Source of the DNA: an uncultured Chloroflexia bacterium
Lineage (GTDB): Bacteria > Chloroflexota > Anaerolineae > Anaerolineales > Anaerolineaceae
Reading direction: 5' to 3'
DNA: 32,000 nt
NCBI GenBank assembly: GCA_963704755.1
Contig: OY969938.1
Span: forward strand, 3,390,001-3,422,000
Shown: in pieces, positions 26,071-32,000 of the stretch
Position numbering within the stretch: position 1 is the first letter of the stretch
How the letters are laid out: every line of letters starts with the position of its first letter
Program-made: the position numbers and the translations under genes
Notes under the pieces: model-generated
The model's input: only the letters and a program-made list of their open reading frames with translations
Databases searched by the model: none
What the model was told of the DNA's origin: nothing

Positions 26071-27091
26071 CAGGTGTAGGTTGGGTTGCGGGCTCATTCA
26101 GAACATCGGCGATTTGTTGGATTGTGAAACATTCCAGGCTCTGCGGTGACCCAACATTGTGCTGGGTATTGCCGGTGTTGGGTTACGGGCAATACCTGGT
26201 GTGATAAACGCTCGACGAAAGAACCAACGCCAGAAAAGGGCCCGCAACCCAACCTACGAAAGCTAAACGCTAACAGGTGTAGGTTGGGTTGCGGGCTCAT
26301 TCAGAACATCGGCGATTTGTTGGATTGTGAAACATTCCAGGCTCTGCGGTAACCCAACATTGTGCCTGGGTATTGCCGGTGTTGGGTTACGGGCAATACC
26401 TGGTGTGATAAACGCTCGATGAAAGAACCAACGCCAGGAAAGGGCCCGCAACCCAACCTACGAAAGCTAAACGCTAACAGGTGTAGGTTGGGTTGCGGGC
26501 TCATTCAGAACATCGGCGATTTGTTGGATTGTGAAACATTCCAGGATCTGCGGTAACCCAACATTGTGTCTGGGTATTGCCGGTGTTGGGTTACGGGCAA
26601 TACCTGGTGTGATAAACGCTCGACGAAAGAACCAACGCCAGGAAAGGGCCCGCAACCCAACCTACGAAAGCTAAACGCTAACAGGTGTAGGTTGGGTTGC
26701 GGGCTCATTCAGAACATCGGCGATTTGTTGGATTGTGAAACATTCCAGGATCTGCCCGTAACCCAACATTGTGCCTGGGTATTGCCGGTGTTGGGTTACG
26801 GGCAATACCTGGTGTGATAAACGCTCGTCGAAAGAACCAATGCCAGGAAAGGGCCCGCAACCCAACCTACGAAAGCTAAAAGCTAACAGGTGTAGGTTGG
26901 GTTGCGGGCTCATTCAGAACGTCGGCGATTTGTTGGATCGTGAAACATTCCAGGATCTGCCCGTAACCCAACATTGTGCCTGGGTATTGCCGGTGTTGGG
27001 TTACGGGCAATACCTGGTGTGATAAACGCTCGTCGAAAGAACCAATGCCAGAACAGAGCCCGCAACCCAACCTACGAAAGCTAAACGCTAA
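26071..27091. repeat. Five-copy tandem array of a ~204-bp highly self-complementary unit
   Basis: Units start at 26071, 26274, 26478, 26682 and 26887, with lengths 203, 204, 204, 205 and 205 bp. They differ by a handful of substitutions and 1-nt indels. Each unit holds four copies (two forward, two inverted) of a GGGTT(G/A)CGGGC core. Confidence 0.95.
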
Positions 27092-27237
27092 AAGCCAATA
27101 GCTAATCGCGACCCGCAAACCGCAATCTTCTCCGCCATTGCCTGGGCGTTCCCACGCGGTTGCAGCGCCTGGGCAATGGCCTCGGCAATTTTGCGGGTAT
27201 TGCCGTAGCGGGAATAATAAACGACCAGCGTATTCAT
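27088..27237 (-). pseudogene. Flavodoxin gene remnant (N-terminal ~30-40 residues only)
   Basis: GGAG Shine-Dalgarno then ATG 27237 gives MNTLVVYYSRYGNTRKIAEAIAQAL. This fits the flavodoxin FMN-phosphate loop pattern (V-V-Y-x-S-x2-G-x-T-x3-A-x2-I). The frame then runs into repeat-derived sequence and stops after 49 aa at the edge of the tandem array. Confidence 0.65.
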
Positions 27238-27306
27238 TTTGAAGAACTCCTGTTTCTTTCTAATCGGTACGGATCGCCCAGGGGAAGGGAGATCCGTGGG
27301 GCGGGG

Positions 27307-27936
27307 TTATTCCTTTGACTGTTCTGCCAGGGAACTCGATAACATCAGCCCGTTGAGCGCCAGGTCCGCCACCTGAGCGGCGCTCAGCCAGGCCTTGCCT
27401 TCCGGGTCCAGGTTGGAGGCCGTACCCAGGTAAATGGTCATAATCAGCGCAGCCATGGCCTGCGGTTCGACCGGGCGGAAGACACCGGCCTGGATGCCGG
27501 GCTGTAAAATTTGCCCGGCAACGAATTGAAACATGGGCTGGTAAATCCCGAACAGGTAGGTTTTAAATTCCAGGTGCGGGCCATGGATGGTGGTAAACAT
27601 CACCTGGGCGAGCGGGAGGTGTTCGCGGACAAAGTCAAAGCCGGCCGCGAAAAAGGCTTCCAACCGGCGGGCGGGATTGTGTTCGCGCTCCACCCGGGTG
27701 GTGATGTACTCCAGGTGCAGGCCGGCGGTCGCATCGAGCAGGGCGAGCAAGAGATCGTGTTTGCTGGCGAAGTAGTTGTACACAGTGCCCTTGGCAAAAC
27801 CGGCCGAGGTCGATATGGTGTTGATGTTGGCGCCCAGGTAGCCGGCGCGGGCAAACTCAAGGGCGGCTGCGTCCAGCAGGCGTTGGCGCGATTGGTTCAG
27901 CGCCTGGTCGTGGTCTTCACTCTTTATGCGGGCCAA
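27307..27936 (-). CDS. TetR/AcrR-family transcriptional regulator
   Basis: N-terminal HTH LLDAAALEFARAGYLGANINTISTSAGFAKGTVYNYFASKHDLL. TTG start with an AAGGAGG Shine-Dalgarno. Confidence 0.9.
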   Translation of the reverse strand: MARIKSEDHDQALNQSRQRLLDAAALEFARAGYLGANINTISTSAGFAKGTVYNYFASKHDLLLALLDATAGLHLEYITTRVEREHNPARRLEAFFAAGFDFVREHLPLAQVMFTTIHGPHLEFKTYLFGIYQPMFQFVAGQILQPGIQAGVFRPVEPQAMAALIMTIYLGTASNLDPEGKAWLSAAQVADLALNGLMLSSSLAEQSKE

Positions 27937-27948
27937 GTTGCCTCCTTG

Positions 27949-27980
27949 AATAATATGGGTGGGTGGTCACCCATATTATT
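27949..27980. promoter_or_regulatory. Candidate TetR operator (13-bp perfect inverted repeat)
   Basis: aataatatgggtg-ggtggt-cacccatattatt lies between the divergent tetR and EamA genes. It overlaps a minus-strand promoter candidate: TTGACT (28003-27998), 16-nt spacer, TAATAA (27981-27976). Confidence 0.55.
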
Positions 27981-28069
27981 ACAAAAATCACTGCCCAAGT
28001 CAATAGGAAATTTGGGACCGGGCAAATCCGGTCCACTCCGGCGGGTTCCATGATAAGATTGCGCCTGCT

Positions 28070-28990
28070 ATGTCCACCTTTGCAGACTTCTTCACATCCT
28101 CTTTAGGAGGCGTCGCCGCAGCGCTTTTCGCTGCATTTTTGTGGGCGTTTGCCACCATGCTCTTTGCCCGTTTGAGCCAGTGTCTACGGGTATTGGAGAT
28201 CAATTTACTTAAGTGCATCCTGGCCGCGATCCTTTCGGCCGGGCTGCTTTACCTGACCGGTGGTACCCTGGCCGGGATCCCTTTCCGGGCGGTGTGGGTG
28301 CTGTCGTTGAGCGGTTTTCTGGGAATTACCCTGGGCGATACCACCTACCTGCAGGCGGTCAAATACATTGGGCCGCGGCGGGCGCTGCTCCTTTCTACCC
28401 TGGCGCCGCCCATGACCGGGCTGATTGCCTGGGGCTTCCTGGGTGAAGCCTTGCCCTGGCAGGCCTGGGCCGGTATCGCCGTCACCGTGGCCGGGGTGGG
28501 CTGGGTGATTACCGAAGGCAACGGCACGCGCCAGCCGGTTCGTGATTTGCGCTGGGGAGTGCTGTTCGGGGCATTGGCCGCGTTGTGCCAATCCCTGGCC
28601 GTGGTGCTCTCGCGGGCAATTTTGACCGAGACCAATGTAGGCGCCCTGGAAAGCTCGGCTGTGCGCCTGTTCGCGGGCGTGTTTACCCTGCTGATCTGGC
28701 TGCTGGCCATGCGCCAGCCGTTGATATCGCTGGATACTTTCCGCCAGACCAAAGACCTGTGGAAAATCCTGCTCGTCTCGACCGTGCTCGGCACCTTCCT
28801 GGCCATGTGGATGCAGCAGGTGGCCGTATCGCTGGCGCCGGCCGGTATCACCCAGACGCTGCTCTCCACCAGCCCGATCTTTATCCTGCCGATGGCGGCC
28901 ATTTCGGGCGAAAAGCTGACCTGGCGGGCGATCCTGGGGGCGTTGGTCGCAATGGGCGGGGTGTGGATGTTGATCACCGTCACCGGCTGA
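28070..28990 (+). CDS. EamA/DMT-family transporter
   Basis: About 10 predicted TM segments in two EamA-like halves, with a typical Gly/Ala/Leu-rich composition. Divergent from the TetR gene. Confidence 0.75.
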   Translation: MSTFADFFTSSLGGVAAALFAAFLWAFATMLFARLSQCLRVLEINLLKCILAAILSAGLLYLTGGTLAGIPFRAVWVLSLSGFLGITLGDTTYLQAVKYIGPRRALLLSTLAPPMTGLIAWGFLGEALPWQAWAGIAVTVAGVGWVITEGNGTRQPVRDLRWGVLFGALAALCQSLAVVLSRAILTETNVGALESSAVRLFAGVFTLLIWLLAMRQPLISLDTFRQTKDLWKILLVSTVLGTFLAMWMQQVAVSLAPAGITQTLLSTSPIFILPMAAISGEKLTWRAILGALVAMGGVWMLITVTG

Positions 28991-29233
28991 GCACCATCGC
29001 TTCTTGCCTGCTTTTGAAAGCCGGGAATTACTCAGGCGTATTATAAGAAGGTCCCAAAATTGAGGTATTAGCGGGAACGAAGCTTACGCTAACACATCAA
29101 TTTCGCGGTTCTACCCCGTTGGGCGGAGCAGTCACAAAAATAGTTTTGTTGACGTTGCCGCTTTTTCTGAAAATGCCTATACTTTGAGGGGGATGATCAG
29201 GCTTTTTGAACACTACCGGCGGAGGGGTTGGAC

Positions 29234-30709
29234 ATGGAAGAGCGCAAAGTAAGCTGGTTCGAGCATATCGTTATCAATTCGTACTGGTTGGGCATCAATA
29301 TTGGTTCAGGCATCTTAACGCCTTTGCTGGTGCCTTACCTGGTGCTGCTGTTTATGCCGGAGGCGCAGAAGAACACATCCCTGGCCAACCTGCGGGTGAT
29401 TGGCCTGGCGGTAGCCATGCTGGTCCAGCCGCTGATCGGCTTGCTCTCCGACCGCAGCACCTCTCCGATGGGCCGGCGGCGGCCGTTCATTATCGCCGGC
29501 GCGCTTGGCAATGTGGTTTTTCTGGCGTTTATCGGCGCGACGCCGCTGTTCGTCGACTCGCCCTGGAACGGCTTCTTTCAGGCCGCCTTTGGCGTTTCAG
29601 CCGCCTACGCCATTCTATTGATCGCCAGCGTGTTCATGCAACTTACTTCGAACTTCGGGCAGGCCGGGGTGCAGGCCCTCATGCCGGATGTGGTGCCCGA
29701 AAACCAGCGCGGCCGCTCTTCAGGCGTAAAGTCGGTGATGGAACTCCTGCCGGTTTTCCTGGTGCTGTTCGTCGGCCCGCTGGTGGATAAGGGCCGGGTC
29801 GGCCTGGTGGTGGGAATCATTGCCGCCGGTTTCATCCTGACCATGCTGCTGACTGTGATTTTTGTTCATGAAACCCCGCTCAAACAGAAGCCGGGCGGCA
29901 GCATTACCGAACCGGTGCTGCGACTGGTCGGCTTGACGGTCATCTTTGTGGCGGTCACCCGCCTGGCGGTCTGGCTGGTGGCCTTCGTCGGCAGCAGCCT
30001 CAGCCAGCAAAACGTGGATCCGGCCCTGCAAATCCTGGCAGTGGGGGCGACCGGGCTGGTCGGCATGGCCGGGTCGATTTTCCTGGGCGTGTACTTCGGC
30101 GCGCGGGTCGGCATTGGCAAAGAGGCCGGGCAGCAAAAGTCCTTCATCTGGTGGGTGATCAACCGTCTGATGTTCCTGGCCGCGGTGGGCTCGATCCAGG
30201 CCTTTGCCCTGTATTACCTGCGCGATGTTTTGCACATCCCCAACGCGGCTTTCATGACGACCGTTTTGCTGGCGGCCGTGGCGGTCTTCCTGATCCCTTC
30301 GGCGATCTTCGGGGGTAACCTGGCCGATCGAATCGGGCGCAAACGGCTGATTTATTATTCCGGCTTTATCGCTGCCGGCGGAACGCTGCTGCTGCTATTC
30401 TCGCAAGGCATCGCTATGGTGGTTGTGGCGGGCTGCATCATCGGCCTGGCAACGGGCACGTTTTTCGCTACCAATTGGGCCCTGGGCACCGATTTGGTGC
30501 CGGCAAAAGAAGCCGGGCGCTACCTGGGTATTTCCAACCTGGCCGGGGCCGGGGCGGGCATTGTCGGCGCCGGCATTGGCGGCCCCATGGCGGACTTTTT
30601 CAACGCCGTCCAGCCCGGCCTGGGTTACCTGGTCATCTTTGCCATTTACGGGGCGCTGTTCCTGCTCTCCACCCTGGCGCTGACGCAGGTGCGGACGGCG
30701 AGGGAGTGA
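29234..30709 (+). CDS. MFS-type transporter
   Basis: About 12 hydrophobic segments. MFS-like loop motifs LSDRSTSPMGRRRPF and GGNLADRIGRKR. GGAGGGG Shine-Dalgarno lies 6 nt before ATG 29234. Confidence 0.75.
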   Translation: MEERKVSWFEHIVINSYWLGINIGSGILTPLLVPYLVLLFMPEAQKNTSLANLRVIGLAVAMLVQPLIGLLSDRSTSPMGRRRPFIIAGALGNVVFLAFIGATPLFVDSPWNGFFQAAFGVSAAYAILLIASVFMQLTSNFGQAGVQALMPDVVPENQRGRSSGVKSVMELLPVFLVLFVGPLVDKGRVGLVVGIIAAGFILTMLLTVIFVHETPLKQKPGGSITEPVLRLVGLTVIFVAVTRLAVWLVAFVGSSLSQQNVDPALQILAVGATGLVGMAGSIFLGVYFGARVGIGKEAGQQKSFIWWVINRLMFLAAVGSIQAFALYYLRDVLHIPNAAFMTTVLLAAVAVFLIPSAIFGGNLADRIGRKRLIYYSGFIAAGGTLLLLFSQGIAMVVVAGCIIGLATGTFFATNWALGTDLVPAKEAGRYLGISNLAGAGAGIVGAGIGGPMADFFNAVQPGLGYLVIFAIYGALFLLSTLALTQVRTARE

Positions 30710-30866
30710 TTCGGTGTTGCGGTTTTTCAGTGAATCGGTGAGGGGAAGCGTCAGGTGTCAAGATGTGTGCATGATCGACCAATTCCTGGTTCCTATGGCT
30801 GATCGATGCGTTTATTGATTACAATGAGAGACATCCTATCTGATTGCAAACACAAGGCAGCCTATT

Positions 30867-31628
30867 ATGCTTTTTTCTCCATCCCTTCCTGAAACCCGTT
30901 TTGACTTACACTTCTCCCTGGCCAGGGTTCCCATCCGCGTACACCCGTTGTTTTGGGTGATGACGGTTTTGTTTGGCGCAGCTTCGGGGAACATCTGGCA
31001 GTTATTGATTTGGGTGGTGGCGGTATTTGTCTCGATCGTCATTCATGAGCTGGGGCATGCCTTTGTGATGAAGATGTTCGGCCAGCCTTCGCGGATCTTG
31101 CTTTACCTGGGCGGCGGGTTGACCATCCCGGAGCCGGTCCATTGGGGCAATCGCTGGATCAACGTGTCGCTCAAGCCGGCCCAAGAAATCTTGATCGCCC
31201 TGGCCGGGCCGGTTGCGGGCTTCCTCTTCGCCCTGTTGATCATTTTGGGTGGAGCAGCCGCCGGCGGGCTGGTCATGATGACGCCTTTGTTTGGGATCAT
31301 CCCCTTCCCGACGGTCTATTTGCTCTCGAGCGGGACGCTGGTGAACAGCATCATTTCGACCTTCATCTGGGTCAATATCTTTTGGGGCTTCATCAACCTC
31401 ATGCCGGTCTACCCCCTGGACGGAGGCAACGTGGCCCGCTCGCTGTTTATCCAGTTCGACCCGCGGGATGGGTTACAAAAATCGCTGTGGGTCTCGTTCA
31501 TTGCCGGCTGTGTGGTCGGGGTGGTCGGGATCTTCCTGTTCCATAATGCTTACCTGACCTTATTATTCGGGCTGCTCGCTTTTCAAAGTTACATGACACT
31601 GAAAGGCCGGACGAGTAATTTGTTTTGA
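30867..31628 (+). CDS. M50-family (site-2 protease-like) membrane metalloprotease
   Basis: HExxH motif IHELGHAF within a TM helix, plus NLMPVYPLDGG (NxxPxxxLDG). Confidence 0.85.
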   Translation: MLFSPSLPETRFDLHFSLARVPIRVHPLFWVMTVLFGAASGNIWQLLIWVVAVFVSIVIHELGHAFVMKMFGQPSRILLYLGGGLTIPEPVHWGNRWINVSLKPAQEILIALAGPVAGFLFALLIILGGAAAGGLVMMTPLFGIIPFPTVYLLSSGTLVNSIISTFIWVNIFWGFINLMPVYPLDGGNVARSLFIQFDPRDGLQKSLWVSFIAGCVVGVVGIFLFHNAYLTLLFGLLAFQSYMTLKGRTSNLF

Positions 31629-31656
31629 TTTCCGACCTGAAATGGGTGCACGCAAA

Positions 31657-31723
31657 ATAAATTATGGGGTGTTTGGAAACGTGCTTAGCACGTTTCCAAA
31701 CACCCCATAATTTATAACTTTTT
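31657..31723 (+). terminator. Terminator with an unusually long stem (28 bp perfect, 3-nt loop) plus a T run
   Basis: ataaattatggggtgtttggaaacgtgc-tta-gcacgtttccaaacaccccataatttat, followed by aac ttttt. Confidence 0.8.
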
Positions 31724-31783
31724 AGGGGGCTCTCTGAAAAGTAGATAGTGTTCTAAATACACAAATCAGTTATAATCCTGGTT

Positions 31784-32000
31784 GTGAACCTGTATTCGTT
31801 TTTTATCGGCCTGGGCGCTTCGTTAGGGCTGCTGCTGGTCGCACACCGCTCGCCGGAACGGGAGCAGCTCTCCTGGACGGGCGCCGGTTTGATCGTGCTG
31901 GCGGCCGGGCTGGCCGGTTCACGCCTGAACTTCATTATGCTGCACCCGGGGCTGTTCGCCGGTGGGCATTGGGCTGATGCGCTGGCGTTCTGGCAGGGCG
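31784..32000 (+). CDS. lgt: Probable prolipoprotein diacylglyceryl transferase, N-terminal part, truncated by the window edge
   Basis: (V)NLYSFFIGLGASLGLLLV...GSRLNFIMLHPGLFAGGHWADALAFWQG resembles the Lgt N-terminal TM region and the W-x-GG motif. GTG start, no Shine-Dalgarno. Confidence 0.5.
   Translation, partial: MNLYSFFIGLGASLGLLLVAHRSPEREQLSWTGAGLIVLAAGLAGSRLNFIMLHPGLFAGGHWADALAFWQG

Noticed and set aside
26071-27091. Possible CRISPR array, or an array of small protein genes, in the 204-bp repeats. The minus-strand ORFs 26094-26300, 26301-26504 and 26505-26708 are exactly contiguous, each reading MSPQPNLHLL...
   Set aside because: The units are about 204 bp with no unique spacers between them, unlike the 25-40 bp repeats with spacers of a CRISPR array, and no cas genes are nearby. 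The ORFs exist in three frames because the unit is palindromic and 204 is a multiple of 3. They have no Shine-Dalgarno, have odd composition and carry a stop in every unit, and the frame is lost in the 205-bp units.

Overview
Moderately GC-rich bacterial chromosomal segment that reads as ordinary core and accessory housekeeping DNA. The taxon cannot be established without a search. PFOR, the many PAS/GAF sensors and the hairpin repeats that translate as PSP..GEG would fit a Chloroflexota-like genome, but that is a guess.

Recognisable genes, in order:
- two tandem REC-GAF sensor kinases
- a LysM lipoprotein and a NUDIX hydrolase
- a 1.2-kaa pyruvate:ferredoxin oxidoreductase and a dihydroorotate-dehydrogenase-like protein
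- infA and rpsU
- a triple zinc-ribbon membrane protein divergent from a PspC / LiaF-like envelope-stress pair
- a HAD hydrolase and an M23 peptidase lipoprotein
- a SAM methyltransferase, an alkyltransferase-like (ATL) protein and a YihY-family membrane protein
- an Fe/Mn superoxide dismutase
- a large PAS-GAF protein with a degenerate HD-GYP domain
- an FGGY sugar kinase
- a TetR regulator with a divergent EamA exporter
- an MFS transporter, an M50 protease and the start of lgt

I see no defence island, mobile element, CRISPR array, tRNA or rRNA, and no obvious new multi-gene protein system.

The most unusual object is a five-copy tandem array of a ~204-bp unit at 26071-27091. Each unit is highly self-complementary. 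The array sits where the body of a flavodoxin gene should be; only a 49-aa N-terminal stub of that gene remains downstream of the TetR gene.

Other items worth a second look:
- a consensus promoter, a long leader and an intrinsic terminator upstream of rpsU
- a 56-bp tandem repeat upstream of the M23 peptidase gene
- dispersed octamer and hairpin repeat families
- very long perfect hairpins at gene ends
- the catalytically degenerate HD-GYP domain

Three genes carry single-nucleotide frame disruptions (near 2200-2230, 2670 and 10733). Two of these are most simply repaired by adding one A to an AAA run. Assembly indel error is therefore the leading explanation and should be excluded before any are called pseudogenes.
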